Below are positions 32,896 through 43,965 of a stretch of 64,000 nt of DNA, piece by piece; within the stretch, counting starts at the first letter, position 1; every line of letters starts with the position of its first letter. The notes beneath the pieces are model-generated. The model worked only from the letters and a program-made list of their open reading frames with translations, had not been told where the DNA came from and did no database searches. The stretch spans positions 1,056,001 to 1,120,000 of the forward strand of contig CBDCVK010000010.1 in NCBI GenBank assembly GCA_965223005.1, in the 5' to 3' direction. A program made the translations under genes and the position numbers. The DNA comes from Terriglobia bacterium (lineage in GTDB: Bacteria > Acidobacteriota > Terriglobia > JAJPHL01 > JAPKYU01).

Positions 32896-34284
32896 CTACG
32901 CCCTCAGGTCGTAACACAGCAGCCGCGGACCTGCCCCCGACAGTATGTCCCGAGTGTTCTGCGCCACATATAGCAGGCCCCGGCTGAGCACCGGGAACGT
33001 CCACGACTCGCGCGCCCCAAACAGCCATGTCCTCGATACCATCTTGTACCCCTTAGGTGTCAGGTCCATCCACAGCAGATGTCCCAACTCCCCCAGGCAC
33101 AGGAATTGCCCGTCCGCCGCCAGCAGCGATCCCCGGTACGTTCCGAGGAGTTCCTTCCGCCGCTTGCCTCCCACCTCAAACGTCTCCGTCCATTCCGGAG
33201 TTTCTTTCCACAGCACTTTCCCGCTCGCCGCATCCAGGCACCCCAGCGATGCGTCCGGCCGGTTCCGCCCGTCAAATCCGTACAGGTAACCTTCCTGGTG
33301 AATCGCTGTGTTGAAGTGCAGCCCGAAATCCTTCCTCGTCCACACCACCCTGGGCGTGAAGTCCGGCCGCAGCTCCAAAAGCGCGCTTCCTTTGCGATAA
33401 CTCGCCGAAACGAACACCTTGTTGTCGAATGCCACGGGGCACGACGCATTGACCGACTCATAGCTGCGGCTCCGCCATGGGAACACAAAATCCAACTTCC
33501 CGGTCGCCGGGTCAATCGACAGCAGCCCGCCCGTTGGCGGCTTCGACTCGCCTCCCGCAAACACAAACACCCGCCGCTTTCCGTGGATCACCGCCGGCAC
33601 TGGTGACGCGTAACTGGGACCCCACTGCTTCCCGGCGCGCCAGACTTCGCGACCCGTTGCCTTGTCCAGCCCCGCCACGCACGGTCCGCCCGGCGCGCCC
33701 ACGTTGACAATCAGCAGCTTGCCTTCCACCAACGGAGTCGATGCGGTCCCGAAGAAATCCTGCCGCACCTTGTAGTCGGCGGGCAGGTTCCGTTTCCAAA
33801 CCAGCTTCCCCGATTCAAGCTCCAGGCAATGCAGCTTCCCTTCGGCCCCCATCGTGTACACTCGCTCGCCATCGATGACCGGGCTCGACCGCGGACCGTT
33901 GTTATACCCGTACCGGTCCTTGTACGCGGTGGCATATCGAAACTGCCAGTGCCTCGACCCCGTATCCGGGTGCAGACACTCGACGATTTCCTCGTTCTTC
34001 AAGCGATGCAGGAGCAGGAGGCGTTCACCCGCGATGGCCGGCGACGCGTATCCGGTCCCCTTAGCAAACTCCCACACCAGCGGAGGCGGCAGCTTTCGAC
34101 TCAGCATGGTCTCCGTCGACACCGCATTGTGCGACGGCCCCAGAAACGCCGGCCAATCGTGGGTCACCGCGCCTTTCGGCAACGGTTTCGGCCGTCGGTG
34201 CACGCGGGCCTGACCGTAGGCGTCGCGCACCGCCAGCGCCCCTATTCCTATTAACAATTGCCGCCGGCTGAGTCCCGTTCTCAC
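32896..34284 (-). CDS. PQQ-binding-like beta-propeller protein with Tat-like signal; start uncertain
   Basis: SRRQLL, DWPAFLGP, GYASP, GPRSSP, repeated G...W blades. Confidence 0.85.
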   Translation of the reverse strand: MRTGLSRRQLLIGIGALAVRDAYGQARVHRRPKPLPKGAVTHDWPAFLGPSHNAVSTETMLSRKLPPPLVWEFAKGTGYASPAIAGERLLLLHRLKNEEIVECLHPDTGSRHWQFRYATAYKDRYGYNNGPRSSPVIDGERVYTMGAEGKLHCLELESGKLVWKRNLPADYKVRQDFFGTASTPLVEGKLLIVNVGAPGGPCVAGLDKATGREVWRAGKQWGPSYASPVPAVIHGKRRVFVFAGGESKPPTGGLLSIDPATGKLDFVFPWRSRSYESVNASCPVAFDNKVFVSASYRKGSALLELRPDFTPRVVWTRKDFGLHFNTAIHQEGYLYGFDGRNRPDASLGCLDAASGKVLWKETPEWTETFEVGGKRRKELLGTYRGSLLAADGQFLCLGELGHLLWMDLTPKGYKMVSRTWLFGARESWTFPVLSRGLLYVAQNTRDILSGAGPRLLCYDLRA

Positions 34285-34366
34285 GCTGCCAACCCCTGCA
34301 ACACCGAACGCCATGACATCGAATGCATAATGCCCCTCTCTCAACTTATCTCTCCAATCCGTCGTT

Positions 34367-35110
34367 TTATTCTCTCATTACTTCGTAGATCCTTCGGGCC
34401 CGCAGGAAGGTCTTGATGACTTCTTGAAAGATGCGCGCCGCCGTGGGGCGTCCTTCAGCATCCCACAGACGAGCTACCAGGCGTCCCGACCGGCGTACTT
34501 CGTAATGAATGGGCACCGCCACGGTTTGGCCGGCGGATTCGAGGCGCAGCGAGGAGCGGAAACGGCCCAGGCGTTGGCTCGCCAGGCGCACAAAAAGACC
34601 CGTCGAGCCTCCGGCCACCAGCGATCGAGATTCTCCCAGCACGTCCACCGCCGCGTCGGCTCCTGACACCGAGAAGCGGTGCGGCTCTCGGGTCTGGTTG
34701 GCGAGAATCAGCAGCAGATGATGGGAGAGCTTACCCTGGGTAAGAATAACCGGTTCGGCAGGGCCCTGGGTCTGCCAACCGGAGCGGCTCAGAGTTACGC
34801 GGGCAATGCGGCTGCCTGGCAACTGCGAGTAGAGTTTCGTGAGCAGCCGTTGCATCTGGTCTGGCGCTACGTCTCGACCCCCCATCCGATGGGCTTGCCA
34901 ATAGAGTTCAATCGCTCGGGCCCGGTCGGAGGTGCTGTCCTTCATGGAATCGAGAGCGACTTCCTGAAAATGCAGGGCGAGCTGCCGGGATTCGCTTGTC
35001 CCTTCCAGAAAGGGGGATTTATGGGCGAGAAGGGTACTGAAGAGAAGCAAAAGGAGCAGAAAGATTCTTATACCCCAATCCATCATTCGGGAGGTTTTCA
35101 TCAATTTCAT
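34367..35110 (-). CDS. Secreted hypothetical protein, probably C-terminally truncated
   Basis: Signal peptide; ends soon after DAEGRPTAARI, which looks like the start of a further domain. Confidence 0.5.
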   Translation of the reverse strand: MKLMKTSRMMDWGIRIFLLLLLLFSTLLAHKSPFLEGTSESRQLALHFQEVALDSMKDSTSDRARAIELYWQAHRMGGRDVAPDQMQRLLTKLYSQLPGSRIARVTLSRSGWQTQGPAEPVILTQGKLSHHLLLILANQTREPHRFSVSGADAAVDVLGESRSLVAGGSTGLFVRLASQRLGRFRSSLRLESAGQTVAVPIHYEVRRSGRLVARLWDAEGRPTAARIFQEVIKTFLRARRIYEVMRE

Positions 35111-35556
35111 AGCTCCTCCTCCTGTTGGATCAACGCTGATGTCTTAATCTTCCTGTAAAAGGAGCCTGGTGTATAACCTCTTTTCAATGAAGTTGTCCTG
35201 CAAAAACACTTATCGAGAAGGAGGGACACACCGGATGCAGAGGAAGGTAACACCCAGCGAGGAGTTCGAGAAGGATTTTTTTCAACGAAGAGCCGAGGGG
35301 CAAGCTTAAGGAGGGGCTTCCGCCTTTTCCGTGTGGACGTTCGTGTGGACAACGGTCGACCGCCGGGATGATCGCAGCATTCGAACTGCCAAAACGAGCC
35401 GGGATTCCCCTCCATCGTGGCCATGGCGATGTGAGCTTGGCACAAGAGGGCGACTGGCGTATCATTAAGTGCGCAAAGCTAAAGAGTGCGCAAAGCTAAA
35501 GTTGAAATCGGAAATTCCGGTTCAGCAATCGGATTTCAGGGGAGAAGAATAGCTCC

Positions 35557-37176
35557 GTGCGTGTGCACTTGGTCAATCCAAATCACTTATCGTTTGGTAT
35601 AGGCGTTATTACGCCACGATGGCTCTACGTAATTGCCGCTGCTACCCCATACGCCTTCGGAGACCCCCTACTTGTCGACGAATCGCTCGAGCCAACCGAC
35701 TTCACAGAGATCAAACCGGGCGACGTGGTTGGAATCGGGATCCATAGCGGCAATGCTCTGCGCGGCTACGAAGTAGGGCAGATGGCTCGTGAGCGCGGAG
35801 CTTACGTGATCTTCGGTGGCATTCACACCAGCCTCTACCCGGAGGAAGCGTACGAGTTAGGAGGTGCACACGCAGTAGTGAAGGGCGATGGAGACGTGGT
35901 TTGGGCGAGGGTGCTGGCCGATTGCACGAACGGAGGGCCCCAGCACCTCTACGAGGGCGGGCGCATCGAGGCCGACCAGTTCCTGCCAGCGCGTTGGGAG
36001 TTGCTGCCGCCCGATAGATACATGTGGGCCTCGGTCCAAACCGTACGCGGATGCCCGAAGCACTGCTCGTTTTGTTCAGTCTGGCGCACGGACGGCCAGC
36101 GCCCACGCCAGCGTGTTTCGGACGTGATCATTCAGGAAATTGTCGAACTGCGCCGCAAGGGATTTCGGTTCATTGCGCTCGCCGACGACAACTTTTATCC
36201 GGTTACACTTGAGGACCTGAGACTGGCCGAGCGTCAGAACAACCAACAACGGCTGAGCGAGCTGCTGGCCCTGCGCGAAGAACGGTTCGAATTGATGTCG
36301 CGCCTGGCCGAGCTGCCCAAGGACATGGTGTTCTTCACGCAAATCACCATGGAGGCGGCAGACGATCCCGAATTCCTAGAGGCAATGCGCAGAGCCAAGA
36401 TCAAGGGAGCGCTGGTGGGAGTTGAATCGGTCACCCCGGAAGGACTGAAGGCTGTCCACAAGGAGTTCAACTCCGCGGGCGACAGCCTGGTTCGTCAGCT
36501 CGGCACTTTTCGGGAACACGGTGTACACGTCCTGGGCTCATTCATCTTTGGGCTCCCCACCGACCGGCCGGAAACCTTCGAGGCTACGGTCACGCTGGCC
36601 CAGGAGGCCGACTTGACCTTTGCGCAGTTCGTGCTGCTGACGCCCTTCCCCGGAACGGTGGATTTCCAGCGCTGGGAGAAAAGGATGGAGAGCGATACCA
36701 CCCGGATTGCCGGCATTCCGCTGACGCGCTACTGGCTGATTCCCCAGGCTCTTCGACCGAAGATGTACATGTCCCATCCGGTCATGTCCGCCAACGAGAT
36801 CCGTCGGCGCACCCAGGATGTTTGGGACTGTTTTTATCGCTTGCGATCGATTTGGAAGCGATCCCTCTTCATAAGGTCCTTACGTGCCCGGCTTACTTTT
36901 GTGTTGATTTCAAAACTCTACCGACAGATGTACGCCAACACCGGCATCGCCGCCGACAGCGCCCAGGTGAATCGCGCCGCTAGGTGGGCGCGGTGGCTGG
37001 CGAAACCCTGCCGACGATTGTTTCAGGCGGCCCCCATGCCGGAGTTGAAAGTGCCGCGGGGGCCGTGGCAGCAGCCGGAAGGTGCCTTAGGCGAGAAGGA
37101 CCGGGCGTCTGCTTGGCAGGATCACGCCTCTAAGGAGCGAGACCGCGGCTCAGTCAAACTTAAAGTGGACGCCTGA
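35557..37176 (+). CDS. B12-binding radical SAM protein
   Basis: GGIHTS, RGCPKHCSFC (CxxxCxxC), DDNF, GVES, FIFGLP, TPFPGT. Confidence 0.9.
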   Translation: MRVHLVNPNHLSFGIGVITPRWLYVIAAATPYAFGDPLLVDESLEPTDFTEIKPGDVVGIGIHSGNALRGYEVGQMARERGAYVIFGGIHTSLYPEEAYELGGAHAVVKGDGDVVWARVLADCTNGGPQHLYEGGRIEADQFLPARWELLPPDRYMWASVQTVRGCPKHCSFCSVWRTDGQRPRQRVSDVIIQEIVELRRKGFRFIALADDNFYPVTLEDLRLAERQNNQQRLSELLALREERFELMSRLAELPKDMVFFTQITMEAADDPEFLEAMRRAKIKGALVGVESVTPEGLKAVHKEFNSAGDSLVRQLGTFREHGVHVLGSFIFGLPTDRPETFEATVTLAQEADLTFAQFVLLTPFPGTVDFQRWEKRMESDTTRIAGIPLTRYWLIPQALRPKMYMSHPVMSANEIRRRTQDVWDCFYRLRSIWKRSLFIRSLRARLTFVLISKLYRQMYANTGIAADSAQVNRAARWARWLAKPCRRLFQAAPMPELKVPRGPWQQPEGALGEKDRASAWQDHASKERDRGSVKLKVDA

Positions 37177-37590
37177 TTCGACCGCGCGTACCCCCACCCT
37201 CGCTTCCACTCCCTCCTGCACCGCCTAGACTTCTCGGAGTAGGCCGCTCGCGTTGACTTGCCTGCGGGGGCGAGTTCAATGGAGTTCGGCTGCTCAGCCC
37301 AAAAACCGTTGAGCTGATCACAACTGATCATATACGAGACACTCCGGGATTCGACGCGCCGGCGGGATTTGGCCTCGGGTTCAGTGTGGTTCGTGACGCA
37401 GGCGATCTCGTCGAAGTGGGCTCCGTTGGTAGCTTGGCCTGGGGCGGGTTTTGGTACACGACCTTCTTCATCGACCGGCACTCCCATGAGAAGGCCCGCG
37501 AAGCCTTCCGGTTTACATCCGGGAGCTCGAAAAGCGACCACCTCCCGTCGCTCCTGGACTAGAGCGGCAAAATCCGTGGAAGGTCTTCGC

Positions 37591-38610
37591 TCAGTAGCCC
37601 TTCTGCTTATCCACAATGTTGATCAGGGGTAAGCCCTCCGTAAACCGCCGGGCGTTTTCCTTTAGCAGGGACATCCGCCGATCCCAAATCTTATCCGATT
37701 GGCCGGCAATATGGGGAGTAATGATCACGTTTCCGAATTGCCACAAGGGGTCTCCCTTGGGGAGAGGCTCAGGATCGGTGACGTCTAAGCCGGCACCAGC
37801 CAGGCGTTTTTCATCCAGTGCCTTCACCAAGGCGTTTCCGTCATAAGTCTTGCCACGAGAAACGGCAATGAAATAGGAACCTTTCTTCATCATGCCGAAC
37901 TCCTCCGGCCCCATCATACGTTCCGTCTCCGAAGTGTGCGGCGCCGCCATGAAGACGACATCGGCCTGAGGCAGTACCTCGTGCAATCGGTCGGGCAATA
38001 CCACTTTGTCCACGAAAAACATATACGGAATATCTTTGGGGTCAACTGCCAGCACTTTCATGCCAAATGCGGCGGCCCGTTGGGCAATCTGCGTACCGAT
38101 GCCCCCCAGCCCGATGATCAGCGCCGTCTTGCCATTCAATTCGATCGCACGCCCCTCACCCTGCTGCCACTCCTGCTTCATTCGCAGAGGGATAAACTCA
38201 TTCAGCCTGCGCGTGAGCGCTAGCAACATGGCCATGGCATGGTCGGCAATCTCCGGACCCTGGATGATCTTAGCGTTGGTAAGCGTGATGTTGCTGTTGA
38301 GAAGTTCGGGAAATAGATATCGCTCAACTCCTGCACTGTAAACCTGGATCCATCTGAGCTTCTTTCCAGCCCGGACTAGATCCCGATTGCAAATGCCCAT
38401 CAGCCCATCGGCATTGCCGATTTGCTGCAAGGCTTCACCAGGACTCAAAACGCTGACGAAGCTGGCGCGGGCAGCAGCCTTCAGTTCTGAAACCTGAGCA
38501 GCCGACAGACCCACGACGACAATTTTGGGCGTCCCCTGAGCGTCAGCTGCGAACGGCAGCAGCCCAAGGGCTACCCAAAAGGCGACAGAATAAAGTCTCC
38601 TCATGACCAC
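37591..38610 (-). CDS. D-2-hydroxyacid dehydrogenase with signal peptide
   Basis: GLGGIG, VSRG, GAGLDVTDPEPL, ITPHIAG. Confidence 0.9.
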   Translation of the reverse strand: MVMRRLYSVAFWVALGLLPFAADAQGTPKIVVVGLSAAQVSELKAAARASFVSVLSPGEALQQIGNADGLMGICNRDLVRAGKKLRWIQVYSAGVERYLFPELLNSNITLTNAKIIQGPEIADHAMAMLLALTRRLNEFIPLRMKQEWQQGEGRAIELNGKTALIIGLGGIGTQIAQRAAAFGMKVLAVDPKDIPYMFFVDKVVLPDRLHEVLPQADVVFMAAPHTSETERMMGPEEFGMMKKGSYFIAVSRGKTYDGNALVKALDEKRLAGAGLDVTDPEPLPKGDPLWQFGNVIITPHIAGQSDKIWDRRMSLLKENARRFTEGLPLINIVDKQKGY

Positions 38611-38723
38611 CTCCCTTCATAGGAAGACGCTACCACCGTGCCACCTGAAGGGCAAGTTTGGCCGGTCCGCTTAGTCTGGGAGGTTCATGCGGCGCAGCAG
38701 GTCCTGGAAGCGGGGGTTGAGGA

Positions 38724-38928
38724 TCAGTTTTGTTCAGTGGGGACGAGGCGCTTTATCTCTTCAAACCAGTTGAGCACGACGTTGATTTGCCTCAGTGCCT
38801 CCTGCTCGCTTTCCTTGATCATCAGGAACCGCTGACCGTCGGGCGTGATGTCGTAGTTTGCGAGGGACAAGGTGGCCATTTGGAATTGTTACTTCGAAGA
38901 GCAGCCTGGGAGTGCCCGCGCTGAAGGA
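38724..38928 (-). pseudogene. Orphan C-terminal fragment of a TolB-like propeller (kinase-associated) gene
   Basis: YDITPDGQRFLMIKESEQEALRQINVVLNWFEEIKRLVPTEQN*, closely similar to the C-terminus of the gene ending at 62326. Confidence 0.85.
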
Positions 38929-39529
38929 TCGTCAAATGAACGCGAGCGACGATGTGCATGTAGCCCCCTGCCGTCGCGTACCGATCTGCGGCAGCGGCCC
39001 TGATGTGAGCGAGCGCGTCGGCTTTTCGCCCGAGCGCATCGAAATGCAAACCGACATACAGGTGGGCGTAGAACTTCGATTGGCCGCCGGCGCCGGCCAT
39101 GGCCAACACCTTGTCGGGGCTGATCGCGCCTTGGAACATCTGGTAGACCTCGCGCATCGGAACGCGCGCGTCGGGTCCCACTGGCAGAAGGGCCGCCCTC
39201 GCCTTCTCGACCGATTCCGCACGCGTCACGCAGAGAAAGTGCCAGGCCGCGTTTTCCACGTCGTTCGGGTTCACGGCGCGGTGGGATTCAAACTGCGCGC
39301 GACAGTCACGGTAGCGACCTGCGTAGTACAGAGCGATGCCGCGCTGCCAGAGATAGGGCGCCTTATCAGGCACAAGCTTGGCCACATTGTCGAACTCGGC
39401 GACCGACTCCGCTACGCGGCCGCCCTGGAAATGGGCAATGGCACGATCGAGGGCACGTTCCGCCGCCGACTGTGCGTTGGCCGCGGCGGCGAACGCGAAC
39501 ATCGCCGACAGGGTGAGAATTTGGCGCAT
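38822..39529 (-). CDS. TPR/NlpI-like hypothetical protein; the 3' end runs into the remnant
   Basis: PYLWQRGIALYY, VNPNDVENAAWHFLC, DARVPM, FYAHLYVGL. Confidence 0.75.
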   Translation of the reverse strand: MRQILTLSAMFAFAAAANAQSAAERALDRAIAHFQGGRVAESVAEFDNVAKLVPDKAPYLWQRGIALYYAGRYRDCRAQFESHRAVNPNDVENAAWHFLCVTRAESVEKARAALLPVGPDARVPMREVYQMFQGAISPDKVLAMAGAGGQSKFYAHLYVGLHFDALGRKADALAHIRAAAADRYATAGGYMHIVARVHLTILQRGHSQAALRSNNSKWPPCPSQTTTSRPTVSGS

Positions 39530-40013
39530 CCGGGCCGGGGTCGACGACCGGATGACGGCCGACATTTTGGCCTTCGCGTCAGCGGCGGAGATCGAGACAC
39601 ACGAGGGTGTTTTCGTTTCGCACATAGAAGCCTTCGAGCTGGTGCTTCTTGAGCTCTTGGATCTGAGCTTCGCTAACGGTGACACGGTCGCGGTCGAGGA
39701 CTTCTTTGATGGCGGAGTAGAACTGACGGTTGGTTCTGACCTGGTCGGGAACGGGCTGATCCCGTGGTATGGGAGCATCGTAAGGCGTCTGAGCAGCGGC
39801 GGCCACCGACAAGATGTAAAGAAGGGCAGGGATGCGTTTCATGACGCCGAACATCCTAGCACCGTCCACCCTGACGGTGAAGCGTTAAACCAGCCCGTCC
39901 CTACGTCCGTAAGAGTGGTGTGGAGAAGAGCGGTCGCGATGGGTCAAAGCAATGGCCTGTTGGTGCCATGAGTCCGCACCGCGCCTGGCCTCAAGAAGGT
40001 AATATCGGCAGGT

Positions 40014-41045
40014 TTACACGATGTGAAAAGGTACGACCCGACTCTCGTTTGCAGATCGATAGATGGCCTGCATGATGGTGACGTCCCTCAAGCCATCGGC
40101 GCCGCTGGGTTCGGGGTCGCGGCGGCGGCGGATGGCATCCGCAAAGGCGTCGAGCTCGAGAGCGAACTCATCCAGTGGTCTAAACTTCTTTTCAAACCAC
40201 CGCCCACCGATCTCTCCGAACATCCGGCGCTCTATGCCGACATGGAATACCGGGTTGACAGTGGCCCAGCCTTTGTCGCCGATAACGTGGAAAAATGATG
40301 ACGCCGCGCCGCCGAAACTCGAGCTAGCCTGAAGGATGACTCCCCCGGGAAACTTGAGCTGGAATGCGATATGTTCCTCAACCTCGCGAAAGCCTGCTGG
40401 GTCGTGGGTCCATGTATAGGCGAGGGCCTCCACCGGATCCCGCCCCAAGAGCCAGCGTGATGTGTTGATGCAATAGATCCCCAGGTCGAAGAGAGAGCCG
40501 CCGCCCGCCTGTTTCTTTTCGAAGTGCCATGGCAGGGCGCCAGGTGTGCCTGGAGAGAAATTGATCGTAAACGCCGAGTGCAATAATTTCAGCCGGCCGA
40601 GTTTGCCGCTCGTAAACAGTTTCTTCAGCAGGAGCGTCGCGGGATCGAAATATTTGCGGTATGCGATCATAAGCCGGACGTTGCGGGCGCGGCAGGCTTC
40701 GATGATTTGCCGGCATTCCCCGGCCGAGTTCGCCATGGGCTTTTCGCAAAGGACGTGTTTGCCAGATTGGGCGGCTCGTATCGAGTATTCTGCATGCGTC
40801 CCGTTGGACGTGGCAATGAAAACAGCGCTCACCTTGGGGTGGTTGAGAGCAAGGGCATAGTCGTCGTACGTGTAGTAATCGCTGGCCCCGAACTTCCGCG
40901 CCAGTCGACGGGCTTTCCGCGCGTCCCCGCTTACCAGCGCCACGAGCTTGGCTTTTTTGCTGTGGCGAAAGGCCGGCAAAACGGCGACCTCCGAGATATG
41001 TCCAAGGCCAACTACCGCGTAGCCAATCCGCGTCTTAGGTGACAT
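40014..41045 (-). CDS. Gfo/Idh/MocA oxidoreductase (glucose-fructose oxidoreductase-like)
   Basis: GYAVVGLG, HVLCEKPMA, GGGSLFDLGIYC. Confidence 0.9.
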   Translation of the reverse strand: MSPKTRIGYAVVGLGHISEVAVLPAFRHSKKAKLVALVSGDARKARRLARKFGASDYYTYDDYALALNHPKVSAVFIATSNGTHAEYSIRAAQSGKHVLCEKPMANSAGECRQIIEACRARNVRLMIAYRKYFDPATLLLKKLFTSGKLGRLKLLHSAFTINFSPGTPGALPWHFEKKQAGGGSLFDLGIYCINTSRWLLGRDPVEALAYTWTHDPAGFREVEEHIAFQLKFPGGVILQASSSFGGAASSFFHVIGDKGWATVNPVFHVGIERRMFGEIGGRWFEKKFRPLDEFALELDAFADAIRRRRDPEPSGADGLRDVTIMQAIYRSANESRVVPFHIV

Positions 41046-41403
41046 TTATCCCTACACCTCCCGGTCGACCGACCGCCGCCGGTCAATAGGTAGTTGCATT
41101 ATCATCCCGTTGTCAACTGGCCGCAGTAGGGGGCGTTTCGGCGGGCGGAATTTTGGGGAGGTATATATGAAAAAGCCGAGGGGCCGGCGGCTAGGCTACT
41201 CGGGGGTATTGGCCCAGCCTCAGCATAGCCGCGCAGGGGCCTTCGTGCCGCTTTTCGCCGCCGAAGAACGCTCACCTCAGGCAGACCGGATTTCATGATT
41301 GCCCTTAGCCGCGGAAATGTTGCACAGCCGTGTAAACGCGGACTGCTGCAACCTAAGCAACACACTGCGGCACGGTGTTATCCAGGTCCTGACAACCGTA
41401 TAG

Positions 41404-41511
41404 CTCACGGAGTTTCTTCCCGCAAGGCTAAGTAAACGCTAACCGACTCCTGAGGAACTAGCCCCGTTCCTCCTGGTGCTGGCTGGCCTCTGTCAGTCGG
41501 AAGCTAGTGAG
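41404..41511 (+). ncRNA. Candidate structured RNA, family unassigned
   Basis: Nested stems CTCAC/GTGAG, CC-GCAA-GG, CCGACT/AGTCGG, GAGGAAC/GTTCCTC in a long intergenic region. Confidence 0.45.
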
Positions 41512-42289
41512 GATTTATCTGCCAAGTCTGAGCCAACTCGGGCCATCCGGCGTCTGTTCATCCAGCCCAATCTGCAAAAACTGCCGCAAACTCTTCAGAC
41601 CGCCGCGCCGGCCGCCTGCAGGGTCTGCTGAACCGAAGTATCCCCCGTGCGCCGCAGCGCCACAATCGGTCTCCATGTCCACCGCATGCTCGGCCTTGAG
41701 AATTACTGCCGCCTGAGAAAGTATTAGCAGCGAGGCAGATTGGGGGCAGGAGGCAGACCAGACAAGTCAACGGAACGGCCAAATCGAGCGGAGATACTAC
41801 CCAGAAGAAACCATGGCGATGTGAGCTTGACTCGACAAAACGGCTGGCCTTAAGTTTTCGGGCGGAGGGAAATCTCAAATCGGAAATTCTGGTGTTACAC
41901 TTCCCTGCAGTTCTGGCCATGTGGGAGCGTCCGGGAGAGAAAGTATGGGTTGTGGCCCGACGAAGGAGGGGGTTCTACGTCCGCGCGGGAGCGGCATCCG
42001 TGCATACGGGCTTCACGGACCCACACCCGGCCCAACTGATCCGTGACATCCTCAACGACCAGAACCGGGATTCTCTCGATGAATTCCGAGTTCTGGAAAT
42101 GCCGCGCGGCTCCGCTTCTTCCAGCTACAGGAAGTGAGAATCTTATGAAGCATGGGTGGTAGCTGTTGCTGTTCAGTTCAGCAGGGCTCCGACGCCAATA
42201 TTAATGCCGTTTCCAGTGGCAATGCGGCGTTCAGGTGTTAAGGCTGAAGTCCAGGGTCGGCAGAGACGGCTTCCTTTGGAGCTACAGCG

Positions 42290-43935
42290 GTGAACATCGT
42301 CCTGCTCATTGAAACGCTGGTAGTGGCCGTTGTCGTGGTGGTCACGCTGGCTGTTCCGCCGGGCCGCGGGCCGCGCTTCCGCGCCGTGAAGCGCAAATTG
42401 GGCCGCCTCACCCGCAGGCCCTACCTTTCCGTCCTGCTGGTGGGGCTGCTGGCCCTGGCTGGTCGTGCCGCTCTGCTGCCGGTGCTGGGCATCCCCGTGC
42501 CCGGCATCCACGACGAGTTCAGCTACTTGCTGGCCGCCGACACCTTCGCCTCCGGGCGGCTGACCAATCCGACCCACCCCATGTGGATGCACTTCGAGAG
42601 CATGCACATCATCCACCAGCCCACCTACCAGTCCATGTACCCGGTGGCCCAGGGGCTGGTGCTGGCTGCCGGCAAGCTGATTGGGCATCCCTGGGTGGGC
42701 ATCTGGCTGAGTGCCGCTGCCATGTGCGCCGCCATCTGCTGGATGCTGCAAGGCTGGCTGCCTGCTGGTTGGGCTCTGCTGGGTGGCCTGCTGGCCGTGA
42801 TCCGGCTGGGCCTGTTCAGCTACTGGATGAATAGCTACTGGGGCGGGGCGGCGGCGGCCGTCGGCGGGGCGCTAGTTCTGGGGGCCTTGCCGCGGCTGAA
42901 GCGCCGCCCGCGCTTGCGGTACGCCCTGCTGCTGGGATTGGGGTTGGCGATTCTGGCCAACAGCCGCCCCTACGAGGGTTTTATCCTGGCCTTGCCGGTG
43001 GCCGCTGCCCTTCTGGCCTGGGTAGTGGGCAAGAAGCGACCACCAAGAAAGGTCTTCGTCTCCCGCGTCTTCCTGCCGCTGTTCGTGATGCTGGTGCTGA
43101 CGGCCGCCGCTATGGGCTACTACTTTTACCGCGTCACCGGCAATCCCCTCCGCATGCCCTATCAAGTAAGCCTGGAGGCGTACGGCATGGCGCCGCATTT
43201 CGTGTGGCAATCTCCGCGGCCTGAGCCGGAATATCGCCACGCCCAGATCCGAGACTACTATGGAAGCTGGAGACGCGAGTGGTATGTGCCGACCGGCTCG
43301 CTCGGTGGCTTCCTCAGCACCGCCTTGGAAAAAATCGGCACGTTCCGTGCCTTCTTCCTGGGGGCCGCGCTAACTCTACCTCTGTTGATGCTCCCCTGGG
43401 TACTGTGGGACCGCCGCGTGCGCTTCCTGCTGCTCACTGGTGGCGTGATGATTTTGGGGCTGGCGTTACAGTCCTGGACCTTCCCCCACTATGTGGCCCC
43501 TGCCACTGCCTTAATCTACGCGTTGCTGCTGCAGTCAATGCGGCACCTGCGCGTTTTGCGTTGGCACCGCCGGCCCGTGGGGTCCTTCCTGGTGGGGGGG
43601 GCCTTGTGGTGTGCGCGGCCATGTTCGTAGTTCGTATCATCGCGCCGCCCGTCTACACCTTGCCGGTGCTCCTGTGGCCGCCCTCCTGGTGCTGCCCCGT
43701 CCCCGGCAACTTGCCCCGCGCCCGCATGCTAGAGCGTCTGACTCGCTCCGGAGGACGTCACCTGGTGATAGTGCACTACTGGCCCGACCACAACCCGCAT
43801 GAGGAGTGGGTCTACAACGAGGCAGACATTGACCGGGCCAAAGTGGTTTGGGCGCGGGAGATGGACCCGGCCAGCAACGAGGCCCTGATCCGCTACTTCG
43901 AAGACCGACAGGTAATACGGCTGGAGGTTCCCTAA
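42290..43935 (+). pseudogene. Polytopic membrane protein (GT-C glycosyltransferase-like), frameshifted at the G run near 43593-43601
   Basis: [29 protein letters not shown]; C-terminus HEEWVYNEADID..VVWARE is in another frame. Confidence 0.7.
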
Positions 43936-43965
43936 CCCACATTCTTGGGGTTCAGGTCTGAACCG
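43862..43965 (+). repeat. ~104-bp direct repeat, copy 1
   Basis: Matches 49493-49595 with three differences. Confidence 0.92.

Noticed and set aside
43593-43601. G homopolymer frameshift as phase variation
   Set aside because: Cannot be distinguished from a homopolymer sequencing error, given other single-base indels in the window.
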